Below, piece after piece: positions 22,271 to 33,339 of a stretch of 38,063 nucleotides of DNA. The position numbers and the translations under genes were made by a program. This DNA comes from Asterionella formosa. Taxonomy: Eukaryota. Numbering within the stretch: position 1 is the first letter of the stretch; every line of letters begins with the position of its first letter. Below the pieces are notes generated by a model that saw only the letters and a list, made by a program, of their open reading frames with translations, searched no databases and was not told the DNA's origin. Location: positions 1 through 38,063 of the forward strand of contig NKIB01015135.1 in assembly GCA_002256025.1 (NCBI GenBank), given 5' to 3'.

Positions 22271-23005
22271 ATACAAATGGACACTTGAATCATGGCAATT
22301 CATAGTAGGAAACTTCCTGTTCCTTGCCATTTTTACAGCCCCAGTGACGCTTTCTCGAAACTAGGGTTAAGTTGGGCACAACCTTAACTGGTGACCACCT
22401 GACTTTCATGAGCCATAACCTCTAGGAACTGTTACCAGCTACTGTCATTTTTCAGAATGTGAAAATTTAGCAGTTGGCTTCTGAGGGGTAAGTTTCCGTT
22501 AGCATGATGGAGAATAAACCGACTATTTATTTAGCCATATTTGGTTTCCCACGGCAACTTTTACGATGCTATTGCCCTGGCATCCGAATCCTATCCATAA
22601 CGAGAGGTGCTCCATGTGTGTTCAGAAAATCGATGCAACGCACCATTTTTCGTTAATTCTGCTGAAACTCAAAGGTTACGGTAGTTTATTTAAGCAACCC
22701 TATGACCGCACCTTGCAGTTACCAATAGTTTACCCTTTAACCCTATATGCAGGAAGTCCCCGTAATCATATCTAGGCAATCCCGGTATGTACTCCCAACA
22801 TGCTTTCTGATGACGAAGCGCGCGACGTTCTTGTCCCTCGCGCCGGCAGAATATGTTTTGCCTTTGCTGGCTCGGACAAAGGCATCCATCCACCACCTAT
22901 ATGACATTAAAATTTCTCAGGATTGAAAACACGAATACCCCCTATGTCACAGATATTTCAATGATATATTTGTTGTTGTATAGTAAAATGAGAACCGACT
23001 CGATT

Positions 23006-23075
23006 TTTTTGTCGAATACCTACAATCAAATTAATTACCCTTTTTGTCGAATACCTACAATCAAATTAATTACCC
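23006..23075. repeat. Perfect 35-bp tandem duplication upstream of peroxidase 2
   Basis: TTTTTGTCGAATACCTACAATCAAATTAATTACCC at 23006-23040 and 23041-23075. Confidence 0.95.
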
Positions 23076-23244
23076 CGGTACCTGGTGCACTCAGGCAAAT
23101 GTTAAAAATTACTATTGGACCACGCGTAGCCGTCCAACAGTTACGAAAAATCCGATGCTAGCATGAAAATTGTCCATAAAATGCTGTTCTCCGCCCCTGC
23201 ATGAGCGAAATTTTTACTCACAATATAGGAAATTTAGTTACACC

Positions 23245-24864
23245 ATGAGTGTCTCTGGATTTTCTTTGGTTTTCATCATTCTTGTCGCCGTTTTGAACGG
23301 AAAGACCAGTGTTCGCGCTGACGTTGATAGTATTCTCGACAAGTTAACAGCACAAAGTCAGGATGATAAATCCCATGCAGCCTCTAATCCTAGGCGCAAA
23401 CTTGATGTCGACGTAAACGACCCATCCTACAACGATGTCAATGAAAATGAACCAAACAAAGATGACCATGTCCAGGCAAACGCCGGCACTGACCTCAACA
23501 CCAGGAGAGTCGAAAATGCCACACTGAAAGACGCACGTTTGAGTGGCGCGACCCCTGAAGGCGACATTGAACAGGAGTTTGATCCGCTCGAGTACGCCAC
23601 TTGCTTCAACGAGGACTACAAAACTGACTTCAATTCCATCGACCAGTGGGAGCTTTACAAAGATTATGCACGTATATTCAACTGGGGATTTCGAAACGAG
23701 ATGGGACCGCCATTGGAGGCTCTTTCTGCGCCGGGCATTCCTGATAACCGACTTCCTGGAATGTTTCTTCGCATGTGTTTTCACGACAATGCAATTAACC
23801 AAGAACAACCGCAGTTTCAAGACTACATTGATGGCTTTATACAGTACGATGAAAAAGGATGGGCAAGGTGGACAGGCCCCTCCCAATATCTCAGAACATC
23901 TGGCGCAGACGCATCAGTTCTTGTGAGCAGCGTCGAGAGGTTCCATCCAAACCAAAACTACGACAAAACGGCTTCCCGTGTGCTGTATTCCCTTCAGAGT
24001 AAGGACATCCCTGACATTCTTGACTCCAACGGCAAGAAGACAAACATGGTCGAAAAGTATGGGTTATCTTATGCCGACATGCTCCATAATGGTTGCGTTG
24101 CTGCTGCCATCTACATCCGCCCACCAGTTGACTGGACGGGGGAAGTTAAAGATGAAAAGAAGGATCTTGCCAACTTTCCATTTAAGTATGGCCGCAAGGA
24201 TGCGTGCCGTTATAGGTGGAAGGAAGATAACCGAGCGGCACTTTGCGGTCCTACTGAGTTGCTTCCTGGTCTTGCTTTGACCACGAAGCAAGTGAATGAC
24301 TGGTTCATTAATAGGGGCATGAACCCATGTCAATTTATGGCCTTGATGTGGACTCATACAACTATTGATGACTTGGCGAAATACGTTGAGAACATTTGCC
24401 CCTTATTGAAACTACCTTGCAGTACCACTGAAGGAGTGAAGTTGGATTATTTCTCCTATTTCCTCCAGCCTGGTGAGCACATCCCCCCATCTCCTGAAGA
24501 GATCCTTGAAGACCCTGAGAGTTCAGACTGTAAATGGACGCTCTGTGAGGGTGAATCAAGAGAGTGGCCACTCACAGCCATTGACTGTACCCTTGCATTG
24601 GATGTTGCTCAGAGAGCTGTGCGAAAATTCCCTGAAGATGAGAATCTTCGAGAGCTCAAGAATGTGATTAAAGATTTTCATTCTGTTGCAGTCCCACCTG
24701 AGAAGGTGTTGGAATGTTCGCTCCGAATGCTTGGAGGCCATGGCGACAAGAATGACTGCAATGGTATTGCCGCCGCCTGCACCGAGATTGGCACCAATGT
24801 TGTTCCCTATGACCACTTCTTTGGTGGATATTATGGTTATGGCTCAAAGTCAAATTTATATTAA
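23245..24864 (+). CDS. Secreted heme peroxidase, peroxidase-catalase superfamily (class II/III-like), paralog 2 (539 aa)
   Basis: ATG at 23245 followed by a signal peptide (FSLVFIILVAVL). Same motifs as paralog 1 (LRMCFHD, GADAS, ERFHPNQN, LSYADML, YGRKDA, MALMWTHT) and colinear with it from the RKL motif onward. Intronless. Confidence 0.88.
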   Translation: MSVSGFSLVFIILVAVLNGKTSVRADVDSILDKLTAQSQDDKSHAASNPRRKLDVDVNDPSYNDVNENEPNKDDHVQANAGTDLNTRRVENATLKDARLSGATPEGDIEQEFDPLEYATCFNEDYKTDFNSIDQWELYKDYARIFNWGFRNEMGPPLEALSAPGIPDNRLPGMFLRMCFHDNAINQEQPQFQDYIDGFIQYDEKGWARWTGPSQYLRTSGADASVLVSSVERFHPNQNYDKTASRVLYSLQSKDIPDILDSNGKKTNMVEKYGLSYADMLHNGCVAAAIYIRPPVDWTGEVKDEKKDLANFPFKYGRKDACRYRWKEDNRAALCGPTELLPGLALTTKQVNDWFINRGMNPCQFMALMWTHTTIDDLAKYVENICPLLKLPCSTTEGVKLDYFSYFLQPGEHIPPSPEEILEDPESSDCKWTLCEGESREWPLTAIDCTLALDVAQRAVRKFPEDENLRELKNVIKDFHSVAVPPEKVLECSLRMLGGHGDKNDCNGIAAACTEIGTNVVPYDHFFGGYYGYGSKSNLY

Positions 24865-25386
24865 GAAGGGATTGTCACCCGAACTACCATTTGTCAAATG
24901 TTATAATATATCATTAAAAGAATTATTTTTATCACACCATGTTCTCGTAGCAGAGGCAGTAAGTGGTCGAACTGTTTAAATGATTCAACATAATTTTTCT
25001 GGATTGACAATTCTCAATCAAAAGGCCATGTCATTGATTATGTCCCAACTTGACCCGAATCAGCTAACAAACCAAAAAATTGATAGTAGCAAATAGTAAG
25101 TTGGTGATCTCACCTGGTACCTACTAGGATATCATGCCTAACGGGACTACCGGTACGGAACTTCCTCGTACCACCTGGAGTGTCAACAGCTTTGTACTCC
25201 GCCCTGCTCGCGCGCAGATGGATAGTATCATACTGCCTCCTGGTATCTTGTACTATTACCGCTCCTAACGAATCAAAGATTGTTAAGAAATATCTTGCTG
25301 TAGGAGTGACCAAAGAAGGCAAAAATGATATCTGGTGCACGAAAAGCCCATGATATCTATAGTTTCCGTTTCAGAACCATTCATCC

Positions 25387-26329
25387 ATGTCGTTCTTGCC
25401 AACCATTATTATAAGCCTTTGGTTGTTGCTATGGATCTCCTTACTATTATTACCAAGAGTGTCGAACGCTTTCCTTGTCGTCGTGCCAGTAGCCAACATT
25501 CTGACAGCAAGATCACAAGGATATGTAGTTGCCAGATTCAGCACTAGCAACAACAACAACAACAACATGCCACTTGAAAATAACGACAATGCTGACGAAG
25601 TAAGGAATATGCTCGAAGTCTCATGGAACATTCCAACCATGGGACCTGTACCAACCAATCCAGATGTGGCAGCTGCAGCTGCAGGTACGTTTATCAAGAA
25701 TTAATTTATGTGTATGATGAATGTCTGTATCCCGAGGCCATGACATGGAACAACTTTTTCTGTTTATTTTTCTAGTCTATTGTCAAAAGTACAAACCATC
25801 ATTATGTTACTAACTTACTCTCTCTCTCTCGCTGTCTCACTGAATATCCTTTTTTCTTCTTTCTTTATTCTTTTTTCACAGCTATTGCCATTACAAATGC
25901 CAAACAGGATGGAATCAATATATGCTTTGTGGATCTTCTATTGCCACAATACGATATTACATATGGGAGTAATATCTATGATGATGTTTTAGTTGTAGAA
26001 TTTTGTATTGCCATTGCCAACCGTCTAGAATCGAGGTCAGCAATTTATGTCAAGGACCAAATTGCTTGGAACATGGTCCATCGAATTTTAGAATCCAGAG
26101 AACAAGGAAACACAGTGAGGGAGAATAATGACAATGAGAATTTTGATGAGGAGGAGGAGGAGGAGGAATTGGAAAATGAAGGATACGACATTGATGACAA
26201 TCCTGCACTACCTACAAGGTTGGATACTACAGCATCCAATAATGAGGCGCCATCCACAATTGAATTTTATGACGATTTCGCAGAGTTTTCTGGTTCATCT
26301 GTCTTTTCGAGTTCCACCGCTAACACCAT

Positions 26330-26365
<36 letters not shown>

Positions 26366-26960
26366 TGAAGATGATGACATTCCTACCGGTATGGTTCCAC
26401 CAAATCTACCCAAGACTAAAATTACAAAACCAACAAAAAACACAGAACCATCAACCATTGCTCTAAAAAAATATCGACTTGCATCTGTTTTCGGAGATGC
26501 CATAATTTCCAAAGGAACTGACATGGCAGATGATATTCTTACTGCATTACGAAAAAATGCTCGGCCCCTCCCTAACGAAGATACATTGATAATTCTATCG
26601 TCTGTTTCTCGCGAAGAGGGTATTGCATTACGAAGTCTAGTTGCATCATATCAATCAACAAAAACAATTGTTTTGGTTAATTGTAAAGTGGACCAAGTAC
26701 CACGTGAGTTGTCAAAGGGTGAAACAGTATATTCTGTCCTACCATTGGTTGCCAAAAACGTGCAAGATAATGGTCCTAATGTTGTTGTCCTACGAACCTA
26801 TCCTGGGAAATGGCAAGTGTATGTGGATGCTAATGATGGCACCATGGGGTTTCAACTTGCATCAGAAGCAGATGCTGATAACTTTTCAAAGAAACGAGGA
26901 CCACCCATGGAGTGGATAACCAAGTGTGTCAAAAACTTTCTTCTTTCAAGGCTGGGATAA
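25387..26960 (+). CDS. DUF1995-like plastid-targeted protein, 2 exons (25387-25684, 25882-26960; 458 aa)
   Basis: Intron 25685-25881 (GTACGT...pyrimidine tract...CACAG) joins the two ORFs in frame (AAAAA|AIAITNAKQDGINICFVDLLLP). Signal peptide plus SNA-FL leader; C-terminal IVLVN and VLRTYPGKWQVY motifs are typical of DUF1995. Confidence 0.78.
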
Positions 26961-27971
26961 TTTTTCAATACACACACACAGTTCTGGGACCAATTAAACA
27001 TTTAAATAAAATAGGTTGGAAAAAGTTCGCAAGCGAGGTTGTGTCTATCTGATTTGCAAATTGACATTATTAAAATAAGGCAGTGGTGTCGTTTGTCAAG
27101 GAGTGGCAACTTGGTCCGAAACAATCAATTATTTGAGGAAGGAATATTAAAGTGAAAAGCCTCAGCCATGTTCACCCCTGGAATCACCACGCAGTTGTGA
27201 ATCGGATCACACTTCAAATTAAGTTCCGGTATAACATATACCGTATTGCAGATGGAGGTTAGGGAAAGTGCACGCTGCGTAAAGTACCGGCGGTAGTACC
27301 TTGTACCTGGTACCAGGTACCGAAAATCTCATAATATATACTGAATAGCAAAATGCATGGGTAAAATACCGGTGCCTAACAAAGCTAACCTTTTTGACTG
27401 AGCACCTGGTACTGGTACCATCAGCGGTATTGGGTTTTCAAAAAAGGATATTTCCCAGCATTTGGCAGTCGTTTACCGGTATTCTTTGTGTATCTGATGG
27501 CGTCATGAAGTCCCCAATCGGGGTCAAGACTCAAAGTACAGAGCAAGTTGAGGTAATTTTGCTGAAACTAAAAGTTTAGCTTTTTTTATCCAAAATTAAA
27601 CTGTTACCGCTATTTGTACTACCGGTATACTATCTGTAGTAAGAAGTAGCTAAAATTGTTGAATGCCGTACCGGTAGTATTAATCCTATGTACACCATAG
27701 ATCATACTCTACATGTGACCAAATAAGGAAGGTGCTCGAGTACCGGTAATCAAATGAGGAAAGTGCTTGAGTCGTTCAGGAAACATAGCTACCAGGCACC
27801 AGTACCCTGGTAACAGGCAGGGTCTCGGTACCAGGTACTGTTGCCGGTAAGCAAATATACATCTGGGTACGAGCACAACGCACAGTGCTGACCCCATCAA
27901 AGTCGTATCATTTATATTCTTCTCGTTGCAGACTATCGACGCAAAACTCTGAAACCTTGCTTGTAGCAATA

Positions 27972-28604
27972 ATGTCTGCTCTTGTTGAAGATGAAGCGCC
28001 TCTCCTGAATCCATATCGTCAACAAGACGATGATATCTTGTCGAAATATCATCCCATCAATTTGATTCGACGAACTGGTATGATATGCTTAAGTCTGTAT
28101 GCCATGCATCATTTACAAGTCTATCATCATGTTATGCATAGTCCAACTGTCAATCATGAATGGTTCAAGGCCTGCTTGGCTTCTTGTATTGGTGAGATTT
28201 TCTATTTTTTAATGTTAAAACTGTGTGTCGGATAATACACAATCAATTATTTATATACGGATTCTCTCACACACTTTTTGATTTCCACTTGTTCCCAAAA
28301 TGTCACCCAAGCTATTCTTTTTTTGAAAGCCTATATTGAACTATACAATGGCAAACTTAAGAAGAAAACTGTCAATTATCAGAATTTCCGACAAGAGACG
28401 CATATTATGATTGCATTGTTAACATTGGCAACAGTGTGTTTATATGCTGCATTGATTCCACACTTTGGTGTTGCCATGACCATTGTTATTTCTAATTTAT
28501 TTGGGTTTGGTGTCGTATTGCAATTGGCATTGTTGGTCCCTACTCAGGTTCAAAACATTGCTGGAGTGATACTCATGACATTGTTCATTCAAGAATATTG
28601 GTAA
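27972..28604 (+). CDS. Small multi-pass membrane protein, TMEM128-like; 2 exons (27972-28191, 28312-28604; 170 aa)
   Basis: Intron 28192-28311 (GTGAGA...CAAG) joins the ORFs in frame (LASCI|AILFLKAY), giving 4-5 hydrophobic helices. The gene model is solid; the TMEM128 resemblance is by eye only. Confidence 0.7.
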
Positions 28605-29816
28605 ATTGGAAATGATGCAAAAAAGGATAGCAAGAGTGGAAGTATTTGAAAACCCAAATAAGTATTCAAGATTTAATTGGAAACGGTTCATTTAGGAGAA
28701 AACGAAATGTGTCTTGATGGATTTTGTGGCGTTTCGTTCATTTTGGAGCATCCTAAGAGGGACGGATGGGACAAAATGTGTGGAGCTGGGACAGTAAGGA
28801 TTCATGAAAGCAGTCGTATGTTCAAGGAGTGGGTCTAACTGATAATGGTACCTCATTGAGAATATACCCTAGTTTTACACTTATTGTTATTTTTTGACAA
28901 ATCTAGTAACTTTGGAACCCACAGTAACAGGATAGTTGGAATATATATTCAATTCGTGAGACATATCATGGTATTCCAAATAACAGAAAATTTAATAATA
29001 ACTTGGTGTTTTGTGATCTCACCATGTTTACGCATAGCCAATGAAGTAAATTACAATCAAGAATCAAATGGTAAGTCGTGGCACCATTCCAAAGTAAGCC
29101 TACAATGGCCCTCACTTGCACCCTGACTGGAATGGACAGCCTTCGTTACACACCCTTTCATTGAATTGAAAGCATAAAACAATTTTTTATTGCTGAAAAC
29201 TGTTACTGGTGGACAGGAGGGAGGGCGAGTGGATCGTATCGTTGTTCAGAGAATGCCAAATCCTCAAGAACGGTTTTGTTTTCTCATCCTTTCCCAGTTG
29301 GATATTCCTTTGAATCAAATTTGATATACCTGGTAGCAGTGCGCTATGGTTGGTCTACCGATACTCGAGTACCAGCAGTTACCTACCGGTAGTACTAGGT
29401 ACCTGGTACCAGTACCTGGTAGTATGTGCTGGGTACATATAACATATCGTATGAGTTTTTATTTTATGGGGGACGACCCGGAGAAAGAAATCCTTTGCTT
29501 TGTTTTTACTATACACCCTACCGGTATATCATACCGTAGCACGACATGAAGGTATATCATGCTGCCGCCTGTCCCGCTGACGCATCAGCCAATCTAGTCC
29601 TCGATTGTGTGACGTTTGTCAACCCCACAATGACAGCTAACAATCAGTAGAGCAAGGGAAAACCGCAAACCAAAGGAGGAGAGCAAATACATACCGGTAG
29701 AGGAAAATAAAATTTATTTTCAGAGTAGCAATCGTCAGACACCACATTCGGTAACATATTAGACTCAAAGAATACTACAGGTCCATTCAAATCATCGAAA
29801 AACAGCAATATAAGCC

Positions 29817-31009
29817 ATGAAGCTCACTCTTGCCCTCCTCCTTGCGATTCCCGCCGCCTCTGCTGCCTTTAGCATAGCTCCATCACCTGCCTTTGCTCGC
29901 AGCAGCTCGTCGTCGTCGTCGACGTTGCTCATGGCATCAAAAAACGCCAAAAAGATTGCCTCTCGTACAGAATGGGCTGCGTCTCGTGGCATAACGTCGG
30001 GTGATGCCACTCCTGCAATGGCTACTGGTCTTATGCAAAATGAATCTGGGTTGGAGTTTGTCAAATTGGTCCATCCCATCACTGGAGCAACATCAGAAGT
30101 GTACTTGTACGGTGGAGTGGTGACATCCTTCAAGGATGGTGATGGAACGGAATTTATCGCTGTCCGACCAGATGCCAAAACGGATGGATCTAAACCAATC
30201 AGTGGTGGACTTTCTCATTGCTGGCCACAGGTAGGTGGAATGTGCTTGGATTTTCTATCATTTTTGTTTGTGTGTTTTGTTTCTATTGTCGTTTATGTGT
30301 TTCAAATATTAGTGGTTAACTATATCCACTCCGTCATTTTTTTCCCCATTTTCCTACCAACTAACAAAACATTCACGTTTTGTGTACGTACTAGTTTGGA
30401 CCTGGTGCCATTCAACAACATGGATTTGCTCGTAACGTCAACTGGACAGTCAAGTCCATGACCGAAACCTCCGTCACACTCGAAATGGCACCATCTGAGT
30501 ACACCAAGGCTATTTGGGACAAGGAATTCTTGTGTACCTTTTCTGTGGATCTGGAGGCTGGTGACCAACTCAACACGCAATTGTTGGTGGAAAATAAGGG
30601 AACCGATTCGTGGGACTTCCAAGCTGCCCTTCATTCGTACTTTACCGTTAGCTCGTTGGATCAATTGGAGATTATGGGAAGTTTCCAAGGAAAGGAATTC
30701 TTGAATAAGATGGTTGGTGATGGTGAGATGCAAACTGAAGAACGATCTATCATTACCATTTCGGAAGAGTATGACCGTGTGTACAAGGGGGTCAATGATC
30801 CTGTGTTGAAGGATGCTGGCACTGGCAAGACTCTGTCTGTCATGAATACAGAGGGCTGGGCCGATACCGTTCTCTGGAGTCCATATGGAAATGAGGGCAT
30901 GGGATACAACAACTTTGTTTGTGTTGAATCTGTCAAGTTTGATCCTGTTGCCTTGGATGGAGGTGCCACATGGACAGGAACCATGTCACTCAAGCCTGCT
31001 GCCATTTGA
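29817..31009 (+). CDS. Plastid-targeted aldose 1-epimerase family protein (glucose-6-phosphate 1-epimerase-like); 2 exons (29817-30230, 30395-31009; 342 aa)
   Basis: Signal peptide plus ASAAF leader. Motifs YGGVVTSF, PISGGLSHCWPQ|FGPGAIQQHGFARN, FQAALHSYF, EYDRVY, DTVLWSP and FVCVES. Intron 30231-30394 (GTAGGT, CTAAC branch at 30361, TAG). Confidence 0.92.
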
Positions 31010-32041
31010 GTCGAACTGGAGTTAACTTAATTGAAGGTTTTGTACTTCCCTCCCCTCTTTTCATATTATTCTTGTCGGCATTTGATGTGCATAGCTATGA
31101 TATTGAATGACTCCGATGACCATTAAGAAAATAATAATAAATGTTAGCTGCAAGAATCATCAGTGGTGGTATACAATCACTGGTAGTTTCATTGTTGTGC
31201 TCTGTATTATTATATTCATCACTATATTCTATGGGAAAGCAAATGGAAGTAGTTATCCCAGCGACTGTACTAGACTCACTCCCTGATCAGGGGTGGGGTC
31301 ACATGAAACCTTGCGGGGAGCAATCCCCCTTTGTGTGATAGGCCTTGACTACCTCCAGGGTTTTGACTGTCAGTATCTATTTGTATGTTGTTATGTGGGT
31401 AACAGGAGTCGTAAATGGTGAATGCAATTCTTCAGGAGCATAAAAATAATAATAATCCTGCGTGGATCCATGCACCAGCCAGGTAGTGATGCACCTGGAG
31501 GATATGGAGAGCTATTCCTCAGCAGCAATGGACCAGCTGACCCTTTTGGAAGAGGCCTACCAGTACCAGTGTAGAGTAATCTATCATAGAACCTGACAAA
31601 ATATTCATTTCATACCAATGCCGGTAGGCCGGTACGCTGCCAATAATATCGTACCCTCATCTTCAGGTCATTTTTTTCTTCTTTCTTAACGTATTCATAT
31701 TTTACCGGTGCAACTACGGTACTAATGCTATACTGTGGTACCAGGTACGACCAGTACCAGAATGATTTTCGTTTGTTTCTACTTCCAGATGATCCTCATC
31801 ATCGGCAATGACGAACCGTTGCAGTAACATAGTTTGCGTTTGAGTTTTCACTTATCGTCTCCTGACCTTTTGGACAAGCAAATACTATTTATTATATACA
31901 ATAATAATAGGCAAAGCATTCAAAATTGACGCATCCATGCTCGCATTTCATTTTAATGAATCCACAATTTCAAAAACAAACAATTAAAACCAATCAAAAA
32001 AGCACGAGGAATCCACACTCCTACATTCGTTTTAATTCATC

Positions 32042-33268
32042 ATGTCACAACAACGACGACGGATTCATACATTGAACGATAATGACAACAACAACAACAA
32101 TAATAACGCTACTGTTCCCAATATTGAAACAACAACATTGCATTTGGCTCATTTACAATCTCTAGATCAAGCCACTCATGCAGCTGCATTGCTTCAACGG
32201 ATGTATAAAGAATTCTTTCCTATTATTCAACGTCGAAATTATCACGTCAAGAGTATTTCTGAATTATGTTGTTGTGGAGATGGTCTTGATACAGATCATA
32301 ATCATAGTACTAGTACTAGTACTAATACTGATTTGAGAAGAACAAAAAAGAGAAGAAAACAACCTAATAACATTTTAGGATACAATCAAACAACTACCTA
32401 TGGATCACGACAACAACAACAATATCATACCATTCATCTTCGACTACGACATGCCGACAATCATCATATCTTTTACTCCTATGAAGATATTGCTGGAACA
32501 ATGTCACATGAATTGGCACATTGTGAAGTATCCAGGCATAATTCAAAATTTTATAAACTCATGGATGAAATACAAGAACAACATGCCGTGTTGTTAACAC
32601 GAAGAATTGTTGTCGATACCATGGGCTTTCCTTTCCACAGTCCACAAGCATATACATTGGGTGGTGGTACTACTACTACTAGTAATGGTACTGGCAGTCA
32701 TCTCTCCTCATTGGTACGAAAACAACAAACGCAATGGATGCCACAGGGTCCTCAAACATTAGGTGGAGAATCCAAACTAATTGTGCAGGCATTCCTAACA
32801 CCAGGAGAGGCAGCTGGAATTGCAGCAGAGGAACGACGACGACGACAAGCAGATGAAGTTTGGTGTATGCCATGTAGAACTGAACCTGAAATTATTGAAG
32901 TTTGGTGTCATGAAAGTAGTACTAATTCTCATGACACTACTATCCTCCTGAACCAACAGTTCAAAGTATCAGCAGCTGTTGCTGTTAATCACAATGACAA
33001 GACTACTATTGATTTGGCAAATGATGATGATGAGGATGATGATACCTATGATGAAAATGTTCAACGTTCCAAACAACAAGAGTGCTTACTATGTACGTAC
33101 ATGAATCCACCATCAACAGCACTAGTCTGTGGGATGTGTGGAACAGAGCTCCAGTCTTCGATCAAATTAATTCAACAACTCGTGAGACAGGATGCCATCG
33201 AGGCGTGCAAAGAGTCGGAAGTGGAACGATCCAAGGCGGAATTCGGTTTCAATATATATGGCAAATGA
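32042..33268 (+). CDS. WSS1: Wss1-like WLM metalloprotease (DNA-protein crosslink repair) with RanBP2-type Zn finger (408 aa)
   Basis: WLM motifs PIIQRRNYHVKSISE, NILGYN, IHLRLR and TMSHELAHC..RHNSKFY (HExxH). Also SHP-like (YTLGG, QTLGG), VIM-like (EAAGIAAEERR) and SIM-like (IIEV, TIDL+acidic) segments and a CxxC...CxxC finger (CLLCTYMN...CGMCGT). Confidence 0.85.
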   Translation: MSQQRRRIHTLNDNDNNNNNNNATVPNIETTTLHLAHLQSLDQATHAAALLQRMYKEFFPIIQRRNYHVKSISELCCCGDGLDTDHNHSTSTSTNTDLRRTKKRRKQPNNILGYNQTTTYGSRQQQQYHTIHLRLRHADNHHIFYSYEDIAGTMSHELAHCEVSRHNSKFYKLMDEIQEQHAVLLTRRIVVDTMGFPFHSPQAYTLGGGTTTTSNGTGSHLSSLVRKQQTQWMPQGPQTLGGESKLIVQAFLTPGEAAGIAAEERRRRQADEVWCMPCRTEPEIIEVWCHESSTNSHDTTILLNQQFKVSAAVAVNHNDKTTIDLANDDDEDDDTYDENVQRSKQQECLLCTYMNPPSTALVCGMCGTELQSSIKLIQQLVRQDAIEACKESEVERSKAEFGFNIYGK

Positions 33269-33339
33269 TGGCGAATTTAAATAGTGTTACACACACTTGT
33301 TTTATTTATTTTTAAGTATAAATTAGCATAATTTTCTTG

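Noticed and set aside
19612..24979. Numerous overlapping and antisense ORFs within the peroxidase genes (and other CDSs)
   Set aside because: Shadow ORFs expected from GC-richer coding sequence, with no independent motifs.
27481..27590. Sm-site-like AATTTTG followed by a hairpin and T-run (possible snRNA)
   Set aside because: No recognisable U1/U2/U4/U5 signature sequences; a covariance-model (Rfam) search would be needed.
31805..31868. Possible C/D snoRNA (ATGACGA...CTGA)
   Set aside because: Degenerate C box, no terminal stem and no identifiable rRNA guide.
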